A DNA stretch of 64,000 nucleotides. It comes from Desulfosoma sp. (GTDB lineage: Bacteria > Desulfobacterota > Syntrophobacteria > Syntrophobacterales > DSM-9756). Below are positions 28,816 through 37,273 of the stretch, piece by piece. Position 1 is the stretch's first letter; each line of letters opens with the position of its first letter. The stretch covers positions 32,001 to 96,000 of the forward strand of contig JBBFKW010000010.1 in NCBI GenBank assembly GCA_037481835.1, read 5' to 3'. The notes below the pieces were generated by a model. It was not told the origin of the DNA and made no database searches. It saw only the letters and a list, made by a program, of their open reading frames with translations. Position numbers and translations under genes: made by a program.

Positions 28816-29715
28816 ATGAAACGGGAAGACGTCCATCGCATCCTCTATACCCTGCGCTTCTACCATGTGACGCTGTCCTTGGAAATCGACCGAGACCGTT
28901 GCATCCGCTGCGACTTATGCTCTCTGGCCTGCCCTCGCCAGGCCTTGCGCATCGATGCGGATGAGCGCGGCCTGGAGATCCACCTGGACCATGAGCGATG
29001 CGTCTTTTGCGAAGTCTGTGCATACGTCTGCCCTGTTGCCGCCATTGCTTTGCAATACGAAGACCATTCCAAGGAAATCTTGCGTCGATCGGGCGGCCTT
29101 CCGCCCATTCCGGAAAAACTCCGGGTGGACGTGGAGCGCTGCCCCCACCGGTGCGAACTCCTGGAATTCGAGCAAGACCACTGGTGCCGGCAGCAGCGCC
29201 GCCTCGTGGAGAACCGCGAAACCGAATGTCCCAAGTATTGTTTCCGCTGCGTGCAGAACTGCCCTCGCGGGGTCTACCGGGAAACCCCCGAGGGGACCTC
29301 GCCCGATCCCGCGCCCTGTCTTCGGTGCGAGCACTGCCAGGAAACGTGCCCTTACGGGTCCATCCGGGTGAGCCCCCTTTTTCGAGGCCGAGTGGTCCTG
29401 GATCCCGACCGATGCCCCAGCGACTGCGCTCTATGCATGGAGGTCTGTCCCGTTAAGGTGATCGAGCGGCGCGACGGCCGGGTCACCCTCATTCGGGATT
29501 CCTGCGCCTTGTGCGGCGCCTGCGCCAGCGTATGCGATCAAGACGCCGTGCGAGTCGTCCGGGAGGCGGTGCTTGTGCCCGAAGCCGACACGTGCGCCCT
29601 GTGGGATCGCATCCGGGAGGCCCTGACGGAAGGCCTGGGCCGTGACGGACCCGTTGTGACGGCGGCCCCCGAACCGTCGTCTTCCCGGGGTGTGCAGGCA
29701 GGGCATCAGCCATGA
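28816..29715 (+). CDS. Polyferredoxin (FwdF/MvhB-like)
   Basis: About six CxxCxxCxxxC(P)-type motifs. Confidence 0.85.
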   Translation: MKREDVHRILYTLRFYHVTLSLEIDRDRCIRCDLCSLACPRQALRIDADERGLEIHLDHERCVFCEVCAYVCPVAAIALQYEDHSKEILRRSGGLPPIPEKLRVDVERCPHRCELLEFEQDHWCRQQRRLVENRETECPKYCFRCVQNCPRGVYRETPEGTSPDPAPCLRCEHCQETCPYGSIRVSPLFRGRVVLDPDRCPSDCALCMEVCPVKVIERRDGRVTLIRDSCALCGACASVCDQDAVRVVREAVLVPEADTCALWDRIREALTEGLGRDGPVVTAAPEPSSSRGVQAGHQP

Positions 29716-31805
29716 GCGGCATCGGGGTCTATATTTGCCATTGCGGCCAAAACATCGCCGGGGTCATCGATGTAGAGGCCTTGCGCCGGCAGGTGGCCCG
29801 GTGCAGTGACGCGGCGGTCGTCAAAACCAACGTGTTTTGCTGTTCCGAGCCGGGCCAGAAGGAGATTCAGGCGGACATCGCGGAGCACCGCCTGGAACGG
29901 ATCCTTGTTGCGGCGTGTTCCCCCCGGCTTCACGAAGTGACCTTTCGGCGCACCATATCCCAAGCCGGCCTCAATCCCTATCTGCTGGAGATGGCCAACA
30001 TCCGGGAACAGTGTTCCTGGGTCCATCATGGGATGGAGGCTCAGGACAAGGCCCTTGATCTCATCCTCATGGGGTTGGCGCGCCTGGCCCGGCTGGTGCC
30101 GCTCCAAGACCGCGTCGTTCCCGTAACCCGCCGGGCTTTGGTCGTCGGAGGCGGCGTAGGCGGCTTGAGCGCGGCTCTGGAACTGGCCGATTGCGGGGTC
30201 CCCGTCGTCTTGGTGGAAAAGAGCGCCCGTCTCGGCGGGCAGGCTCTGCGATGGAACATTGCCGTTCCCGAAGTGGATCCCCTGTCGTGTTTCGTGCGGC
30301 CTTTGATCACACGGGCGCACCTTCACCCCCGCATTCACGTCCTGGAAGGGGCCACGCTGGAAGACGTGCAGGGTTACGTGGGCCGTTTTTCGGCATCCAT
30401 TCACACCCCGGCGGGTCCGTGCACGGAAGAGGCCGGCGCCCTGGTGGTGGCCACCGGCTTTGAACCGTACACGCCGGAGCTTTCCCGGTATCCCTTCGCC
30501 GCCCTGCCCCAGGTCATGACGTCGGTCCAATTGGAAGAGATCTTCGCAAAAGACGGCCGAAACCGGCACGGCATTCCTTCGGCCTTGGAAGGAGTCCGCA
30601 CCGTCGCCTTCCTCCAGTGCGTCGGCTCACGTCTCGACGACGAATACCCCCATTGTTCGCGCATCTGCTGCGCCGTCACATTGAAGCAGGCTCTGGCCCT
30701 TCGGGCTCTCGGCATGGAGGTTCGGGTTTTTCATCGGGATATCCGCCTTTATGACAAAAACCACGAAGAAGCACTCTACGGGCGAGCGCGCCGCGAGGGC
30801 GTTCAATTCCACAGGGGAGTGCTCAACGCCGTGGAACCCGATGCCGCAGGCGGGTTGATCCTTCATTGGCATGAGGAATTTCTCCAGGAAGACTTCCGCT
30901 TTCCGGTGGACCGGCTGATCTGCGCCGTGGGGCTCCGCCCCCGCTCTGATGCCGAATCCCTTCGACGGGTCCTGCGTCTTGCGGCAAGCCAGGACGGCTT
31001 CCTTCTGGAAGCCCACCCCAAGCTCCACCCGCTGGAATCGGCCGTGGAAGGAGTCTTCCTTGCGGGATCGTGCCAAGGGCCGAAAGACGTCCGGGAAACG
31101 GTGGCCGCATCCGTCGGGGCCGCCGCCAAGGCCTACCAATTGCTGTGCAGGGATGTCCTGCAGCTGGACGGCATGATCGCCGTCATCGACCGGGACCGTT
31201 GTGTGGGCTGCGGCACGTGTGTGGTCGAATGCCCGTATCAGGCCATCGCCCTTCAAGAAGAGGAAGACGGCGCACTCAAAGCCCACGTGGAAACAGCGGC
31301 CTGCAAAGGCTGCGGCGTGTGCGCCGGAGGATGCCCCACGGAAGCCGCCGATCATCTGGGCTATCCTCTCGATGCGCTCAAGGCCATGGTCGATGCGGCC
31401 CTTGCGGACCGTGCCCGGGAGAAGATCGTGGCTTTCTGTTGCCATTGGTGCGCCTATGCGGGAGCCGACGCGGCAGGAGTGTCCCGCATCCCTTATCCGG
31501 CCAATGTGCGCATTGTGCGGGTCCCGTGTTCCGGCCGCATCGGCCCCCGATTGGTGCTCCACGCATTCAAGAAGGGCGCCGGCCGCGTCATGGTCGCCGG
31601 GTGCCATCCGCCGGGGGACTGCCACTACATTTCGGGGAATCTGCGGTTCGAAAGTCGCGTCCCTCGCATTCGAAAGCTTCTTTCCAGGAAGGGATTCGAT
31701 CCGGACCGGTTTTCGTATCATTGGATCTCAGCGACGGAAGGCCCTCAGTTTCAGCAGATCGTGCGCCGATTGGCCGAAGCGCTGGAAGCCGAGATCCACT
31801 CATGA
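29712..31805 (+). CDS. hdrA: HdrA-like flavoprotein fused to C-terminal MvhD
   Basis: CHCGQNI, NIREQCSWVH, GGGVGG, QCVGSR..CSRICC, 2x[4Fe-4S], then FCCHWCAYAGAD..VPCSGRI..GC..GDCHY. Confidence 0.88.
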   Translation: MSGIGVYICHCGQNIAGVIDVEALRRQVARCSDAAVVKTNVFCCSEPGQKEIQADIAEHRLERILVAACSPRLHEVTFRRTISQAGLNPYLLEMANIREQCSWVHHGMEAQDKALDLILMGLARLARLVPLQDRVVPVTRRALVVGGGVGGLSAALELADCGVPVVLVEKSARLGGQALRWNIAVPEVDPLSCFVRPLITRAHLHPRIHVLEGATLEDVQGYVGRFSASIHTPAGPCTEEAGALVVATGFEPYTPELSRYPFAALPQVMTSVQLEEIFAKDGRNRHGIPSALEGVRTVAFLQCVGSRLDDEYPHCSRICCAVTLKQALALRALGMEVRVFHRDIRLYDKNHEEALYGRARREGVQFHRGVLNAVEPDAAGGLILHWHEEFLQEDFRFPVDRLICAVGLRPRSDAESLRRVLRLAASQDGFLLEAHPKLHPLESAVEGVFLAGSCQGPKDVRETVAASVGAAAKAYQLLCRDVLQLDGMIAVIDRDRCVGCGTCVVECPYQAIALQEEEDGALKAHVETAACKGCGVCAGGCPTEAADHLGYPLDALKAMVDAALADRAREKIVAFCCHWCAYAGADAAGVSRIPYPANVRIVRVPCSGRIGPRLVLHAFKKGAGRVMVAGCHPPGDCHYISGNLRFESRVPRIRKLLSRKGFDPDRFSYHWISATEGPQFQQIVRRLAEALEAEIHS

Positions 31806-31917
31806 CGGCGGGTTGATAAGAAAGAAGGCTTGGAGTGAATCCGAATCGGCGAGAATGGGTTTGGGCCGGCTGCAGGAGCCGATTTGGCCGCGATCCCCAT
31901 CGCCGGCATGTGGAGCA

Positions 31918-33663
31918 ATGACGAACCGAGAAAGCCATCCCCCGACGCGCGGCGCGCGCGTCCTCCTGTGCCGCTGTCCTGAAAGGCACTCCCGGCAGGA
32001 TCTCGACCGCACGGCCGAGTCGCTTGAGGTGTGGGGGATTTCCGTGCGCCTCGTGGATGCGCTGTGTGAACGGGAAACCTTCGCGGAGGAAATGTCGGGA
32101 GCTGCACTTGCCGATGTGGAGCGGCTCGTCATCGGCGCCTGTTCGCCCTTTTTGATCGGCGACCTTCTGGAGCAGGCTCTTTGCGATCGATCCCATCTGA
32201 GGTGGACTTTGGTGGACATCAAGGACGCCGGGGATGCCCTCGCTTTAAGCGGTATCCTTAAAAGTCGCCTTCATACCCTGGATCCGTCCTTTTCCACAGC
32301 GTGCAGATACCCTTCCGCCGGTCTGCCCCACGAGGCCATCCGTCCGCTCGGCGCCAAGGCCCCTCGGCGGGTTTTGGTCATCGGAGGGGGTGTTGGGGGC
32401 TGTCAGGCGGCGCTGGACCTTGCGGGCATGGGCATTCCCGTAACCCTCGTGGAAGCCGAAGACTCCCTCGGGGGAAACATGGCCCGGCTGGACAAAACTT
32501 TTCCCACCCTGGATTGTTCCATTTGCATCCTAGGGCCCCGGCTGGTGGACGCCGCCTCGCACCCCCATATCACGGTGCTTGCATCGAGCCGGGTGAAGAG
32601 AATCAGCGGCCGGCCGGGGCATTTTCTGGCGGAAATCGAACACCGCCCCCGCTACGTGGACATGAATCTCTGTTCCGGGTGCGGGGCGTGCAGCGACGTG
32701 TGCCCGGTGATCGTCCCCAGCGCCTGGAACGCCGGACTCCGGCCGCGCAAAGCCATAGGAATCGTGTTCGAACAGGCCGTGCCGCTGCGGGCGGCCATCC
32801 GAAAGGACTTTTGCATTGATTGTGGCCTGTGCGAAAAGGCGTGCGAAAGGAAGGCCATCCGCCTGGCCGAGGAGCCTCAGGTGAGCCGCCTGCACACGGC
32901 AGCGGTGGTCCTTGCCGAAGGGGCGCGCCTTTTCAAGGCATCGCGGCTCGGCGCCTACGGCTACGGCCGCTTTCCTGAAGTCCTCACCAACTTGGAATTC
33001 GAACGGCTCGTGTGCGCCACGGGTCCCACTCAGGGAGCCCTCATCACCCCCAGCGGGTCGAGACCTCGATCTGTGGCCTTCATTCAATGCGCCGGGTCCC
33101 GCAACCGCCGCTTCCTTCCCTACTGCTCCATCACATGCTGCACGGCGAGCATCAAGGAAGCCATCCTGGTCCTGGAGCACGAACCGGAAGCCGCCGTCAC
33201 GATTTTCTTCAACGACATTCGAACGCCTGGAAAGAGTTTTGAAGGTCTTTTTCTTCGGGCGCGCGAGAGGGGTGTGCGTTTCGTCAAGGCCCTGCCCGAC
33301 CGCGTGGAACGGGCCAAAGACGGCAAGCGACTTTCGGTGCATTATCGGGCGGCGTCCCATCCCGGAGTCCAAAGTCTGGAAGCCGATCTCGTGGTTCTCG
33401 CCGTAGGGGTGGAAGCCCCCAACGCGGACCACCGGTGGGTCTTGCGCGCACCGCCCCGGCGGGACCGTTACGGCTTCTACGAGGAAGCCTACTATTGGGG
33501 CGGCCAGATGCACAGCACCGTGCCCGGGATATTCCTCATCGGCGGGTGTCACGGCCCCCGGGATATCACCCAGACGGTGACCGAAGCCTCGGCCGCGGCG
33601 GCTCACGTGGCCAAGTGGCTTCGGCGCGTTTCGGCATCCTCGTCGGAGGGCTCGGGACCATGA
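31918..33663 (+). CDS. hdrA: Second HdrA-like protein
   Basis: GGGVGG, LDKTFPTLDCSICI, inserted ferredoxin, QCAGSR..CSITCC; lacks C-terminal ferredoxin; start uncertain. Confidence 0.82.
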   Translation: MTNRESHPPTRGARVLLCRCPERHSRQDLDRTAESLEVWGISVRLVDALCERETFAEEMSGAALADVERLVIGACSPFLIGDLLEQALCDRSHLRWTLVDIKDAGDALALSGILKSRLHTLDPSFSTACRYPSAGLPHEAIRPLGAKAPRRVLVIGGGVGGCQAALDLAGMGIPVTLVEAEDSLGGNMARLDKTFPTLDCSICILGPRLVDAASHPHITVLASSRVKRISGRPGHFLAEIEHRPRYVDMNLCSGCGACSDVCPVIVPSAWNAGLRPRKAIGIVFEQAVPLRAAIRKDFCIDCGLCEKACERKAIRLAEEPQVSRLHTAAVVLAEGARLFKASRLGAYGYGRFPEVLTNLEFERLVCATGPTQGALITPSGSRPRSVAFIQCAGSRNRRFLPYCSITCCTASIKEAILVLEHEPEAAVTIFFNDIRTPGKSFEGLFLRARERGVRFVKALPDRVERAKDGKRLSVHYRAASHPGVQSLEADLVVLAVGVEAPNADHRWVLRAPPRRDRYGFYEEAYYWGGQMHSTVPGIFLIGGCHGPRDITQTVTEASAAAAHVAKWLRRVSASSSEGSGP

Positions 33664-34934
33664 CGCAAAAGACGTTCACGTCCCTTGTGTGCTGCGGCTG
33701 CAGCTGCCTGTGCGATGACATCGACGCCGTCATGGAGGGCGACCGGGTCGTGGAAACGGCCAACGCATGCCGATGGGGAGCGGCCCGATTCCTGGGTTTG
33801 AAGAAGTTCAGCAGGGCGCTCGTTCGAGCCCGTGTCCAAAGCAGCCGGAGGCGTCCGGATGCTCGGGGACGGCTTGATGTCTCCTGTGCGGAAGCCGTCT
33901 CGGTGTGCCGAGATTACCTGTTTTCCGCACGGCGCGTGGTGGCCTACGGGCTGGGCCAAATGTCCATCGAAGCCCTACAGATTCTCATGGCGGGCCTCCG
34001 GGATCGTGAAACCATGTGGATTCCCTCGGACGGTCCCCTTCTTCAAGCCTTCGTGGAAACCTACAGCCGGCATGGCCCGGCCCTCACCAACCTGGAATGC
34101 GTCCGAAACCAGGCTGACCTGGTGGTCTTCTGGGGCGCCAATCCTGTGCGAAGCACGCCGCGCCTTTTGAGCCGCTACGCCCTTTTCCCCCGAGGGCGCT
34201 TTACCGAAAGGGGCGCCGAGGACCGCAAGGCCTGGACTGTGGATATCCAGACGACGGAAATGGAACGGGTCACTCAAATGGTGACCATCCCTCCGGATCA
34301 GGAAAAGGCCTGTATCCAGGCGCTGCGCCGAGCTTACCGCGGCCTGCCCCTGGAAGCCCCGCCCGGAGTTTCCGCTAAAACCTTGTCCATGCTGCTTGGA
34401 GACGTGGAAAAGAGTCGATACCGCGTTTTTTTCTTCGGCCGAGGCCCCCTGTATCACGCGGGCGGGGATGCCGTGCTGGACGAACTGGCGTCCTGGGTCA
34501 CGGAACTGGGCGCCTCCGCCCCAACCTTCCTCATGCCTGTGCCGGGAGACTTCAACAGCATGGGGTTTCTCCAGGTTTTCCTGAGTGGCGGCGGCCTGGC
34601 CGATCCGCTGTGGCGCGTGCAGGGGGATGTGCACGGCTGGGAGCCCCGAACCGGAGATGTTCTGCTCGCCTTGTCCGGCGATTGTTTCTGGTTTTTGACG
34701 GATGATCAAAAGCGCGCCGTCCGTAAGCACCGGATTCCCGTCGTGGCTCTATCGGCCCACGAAACCATGACGACGGCGGAAGCGGACGTGGTTGCGGCCG
34801 TGGGGCTCCAAGGACTGGACGTCACGGGCCGGGCGTCACGGCTGGACGGCGTCACCCTTTGTGCGGAAAAGTTGTGGGACGGGACAGCGGCATCCGACGC
34901 CGCCGTCGTCCGGGATTTGTTCGAACTTATGTGA
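33660..34934 (+). CDS. Formylmethanofuran dehydrogenase subunit B (FwdB/FhcB)-like protein
   Basis: CCGCSCLCDDI..NAC, RNQADLVVFWGANP..PR..SRY..FPRGRF..RG..DR; ATG overlaps upstream stop. Confidence 0.8.
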   Translation: MTQKTFTSLVCCGCSCLCDDIDAVMEGDRVVETANACRWGAARFLGLKKFSRALVRARVQSSRRRPDARGRLDVSCAEAVSVCRDYLFSARRVVAYGLGQMSIEALQILMAGLRDRETMWIPSDGPLLQAFVETYSRHGPALTNLECVRNQADLVVFWGANPVRSTPRLLSRYALFPRGRFTERGAEDRKAWTVDIQTTEMERVTQMVTIPPDQEKACIQALRRAYRGLPLEAPPGVSAKTLSMLLGDVEKSRYRVFFFGRGPLYHAGGDAVLDELASWVTELGASAPTFLMPVPGDFNSMGFLQVFLSGGGLADPLWRVQGDVHGWEPRTGDVLLALSGDCFWFLTDDQKRAVRKHRIPVVALSAHETMTTAEADVVAAVGLQGLDVTGRASRLDGVTLCAEKLWDGTAASDAAVVRDLFELM

Positions 34935-34947
34935 GCCTTAGGACCCC

Positions 34948-36342
34948 ATGCGGCCGAAAACCCTGCTCCTTCAATCCGGCACCGTTTTCGACCCCGTCAC
35001 GGGGTGCGAGGGCACGAGGCGGGATATCGCCGTGTGCGGGGAGACGATCGTCTCCATGGAACACGTTTCGGACGTGGACGAGATCGTGGACGTCTCCGGC
35101 ATGCTGGTCACCGCGGCGGCTGTGGACTGCGCCGCCCACGTGGCCTTTCCCGGGGTGTGGGGTCTTCGCGCCGCGGGGCTCTTTCCGGATGCGCAAACCA
35201 TCGCGCGCCGCTACGCCGAAAGAGGATTCGCCCACGTGCACGAAAGTTGGGCACCCCTTGTGGACTGGGGAACGGTGCAGGCCGAGTGGGACCGGATCCC
35301 CGGCCCGGACGTCTCCGTCGGGTTGTTGCTCCCCCTCTATGATCTGACGGCGGCCATGGACGCTCAGGACGTGACGGTCGCCCACAGCGTCCTGTGGCAT
35401 TTTCACGCCCTCTTGGGAATTCGCGGGTTCTACCTTCCCGAGCCGCGCGTGCGCTTTCGCGATGAAGTGTACAAACACCGGGAAAAAGCGGCAGAGGAGG
35501 TGCTGCCGTTTCTGAAAGCGGCGTGGGAAGGACTGCCGGGGCCCATGGTCCTCCCAGCCCGGTCCCTCAACGCGGAAGATCGTGCCGCTTTGCCTTCCGG
35601 AGCGCACGTGCAACGCGTTACGGACTTGAACGACAGGGAAGCCGGGGGGTCTCTTTCGGCTTTGCTCGAAACGGTGCGTCCGGATCTGAGTGCAGACTTG
35701 GGACTTTCATGGCCGGAAAAGAGCGTGGAGCTCACCTGGGCGGCGCCCGCCGGCGGCATCGGAGGTCGCCTCTGGGATGTGGGGGCTTTTCTCATGCTCA
35801 AGGCGGCACCGGTTCCCAACGAGGATTTTCGCAACGACGCGGAGACGGTCCAAGTCCTGTCGCAGGGGATCGCCGAAGGCTGGGCCTTGTCGTGCCGGCA
35901 TGCCAATCTGGCTCTTGTGGAGGACTGGGAAGGGCTGATTCGGGCATTCTTGGAGGTGTGGACCGTTCGGCAATGGCTCCTGACGACCCGCGCCCATGCC
36001 GCGAAGGCGCTGGGTTTTTCGGATCGAGGCCATCTTGGGCCGGGAGCCCGGGCCAACCTGGCCCTATACCCGGAACCGGCGGACGAGACGCCTGCAGCGT
36101 GGGCGAAAGCCTTGAGCCGATGCCTCCGCCTCTACGTGGGCGGGCGCGAAGTTTACGACGCCCGGCTAGGCGGTTTGAAGCCCTCGGCCCGCATCGGTCG
36201 CGCGCGCGAAACGGCGAAAGCGGCCGCCGATTTGGGGGTGCTCGCCCTTTTTTCGGACGGATTGAGTCTTCGGCCGGAAAGCCTCCGGCGCCTTGCGCCC
36301 AGGGTTGAAGGAGCCATAGGGCATGATTCGCAAGATTCTTGA
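34948..36342 (+). CDS. FwdA/FhcA-like amidohydrolase-fold protein with degenerate metal site
   Basis: GTVFDP..G..RDI, RYAERGF, TRAHAAKALG..DRGHLGPGA.ANLALY. Confidence 0.72.
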   Translation: MRPKTLLLQSGTVFDPVTGCEGTRRDIAVCGETIVSMEHVSDVDEIVDVSGMLVTAAAVDCAAHVAFPGVWGLRAAGLFPDAQTIARRYAERGFAHVHESWAPLVDWGTVQAEWDRIPGPDVSVGLLLPLYDLTAAMDAQDVTVAHSVLWHFHALLGIRGFYLPEPRVRFRDEVYKHREKAAEEVLPFLKAAWEGLPGPMVLPARSLNAEDRAALPSGAHVQRVTDLNDREAGGSLSALLETVRPDLSADLGLSWPEKSVELTWAAPAGGIGGRLWDVGAFLMLKAAPVPNEDFRNDAETVQVLSQGIAEGWALSCRHANLALVEDWEGLIRAFLEVWTVRQWLLTTRAHAAKALGFSDRGHLGPGARANLALYPEPADETPAAWAKALSRCLRLYVGGREVYDARLGGLKPSARIGRARETAKAAADLGVLALFSDGLSLRPESLRRLAPRVEGAIGHDSQDS

Positions 36343-36772
36343 GCACCTGCCCAAAACGGACTGCGGGATGTGCGGGATGACCTGCGCCGATTTCGCAGGT
36401 TTTCTCCTTTCCGGAGACCTCAGCCCGCAGGACTGTCCCGTGCTTCAAGAGGATGCCTATGCGGCCCAGAGGGAGGCCCTGGCGACCCTTTTGGAAAGCC
36501 TCGCGGCGCGCGCCAAATCCGGCCATCTTCTGGATCCGGACAAGTGCACCGGATGCGGCATTTGCCTCATTGTGTGCGAATACCACGTGGCCAACGACCC
36601 TGAAAGCCGCCGCGGCAAAGGGCCGAACAAAGACGCCAAGGTGGTCCTTCGCATCGTCAACGGTCGGGTGGTTTTAGCCGATGAAACCCTGTGCACCCGA
36701 TTGTTGCAGGCGGCGGACAAATGCAGCAAATGCCAAGACCATTGCCCCACCCAGGCCATCGTGCTCATCTGA
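36323..36772 (+). CDS. Fe-S domain plus ferredoxin protein
   Basis: LPKTDCGMCGMTCADFA..CP, CTGCGICLIVC, CSKCQDHCP. Confidence 0.8.
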   Translation: MIRKILEHLPKTDCGMCGMTCADFAGFLLSGDLSPQDCPVLQEDAYAAQREALATLLESLAARAKSGHLLDPDKCTGCGICLIVCEYHVANDPESRRGKGPNKDAKVVLRIVNGRVVLADETLCTRLLQAADKCSKCQDHCPTQAIVLI

Positions 36773-36787
36773 AAACTGGGAGCGAGT

Positions 36788-37273
36788 ATGGAAAACACCT
36801 CCTCCGAAATCCCTCTCCTTCAGGGCGATGCCGGTTTTGCCCAAGAAGTCGCGGCGGGTCCCGGCGGGGACACCCTGCCCTTGTGCTATCAGTGCGGGAC
36901 GTGCACGGGCTGCTGCCCTGTGGGGGCGGTGGATGAAGGGTTCAGCCCGGCCCTGATCATCCAGTGGATCCGGCTGGGACTTCGCGAGCGGGTTCTCGGC
37001 TCACCCAAGATATGGCTGTGCCTCCAATGCCATCGGTGTTCCTTCTCATGCCCGCAAGGCGTGCGATTTGCGGACATCAACGGCACGCTTCGACACATGG
37101 CCGTTCGGGAAGGGTTCGTGGATGCCGCGAAGGCGCAAGAGTTTGCGGCTCTGGAGAGGGATCTCAGCGCCTTGCGCTGCGCCGTTTTGGACCGGGCGAT
37201 GCGAGAGGCCCCCAACGCAGCGCTCTCCACGGAGGAACTCGTCCGGGAGGCCCTGAGGGACCTCCATGGCTAG
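36788..37273 (+). CDS. hdrC: Heterodisulfide reductase subunit C-like
   Basis: CYQCGTCTGCCP, IWLCLQCHRCSFSCPQGV. Confidence 0.85.
   Translation: MENTSSEIPLLQGDAGFAQEVAAGPGGDTLPLCYQCGTCTGCCPVGAVDEGFSPALIIQWIRLGLRERVLGSPKIWLCLQCHRCSFSCPQGVRFADINGTLRHMAVREGFVDAAKAQEFAALERDLSALRCAVLDRAMREAPNAALSTEELVREALRDLHG

Noticed and set aside
31201..31917. 820-aa version of the second HdrA
   Set aside because: Most of the extension overlaps the MvhD domain of the upstream gene in another frame
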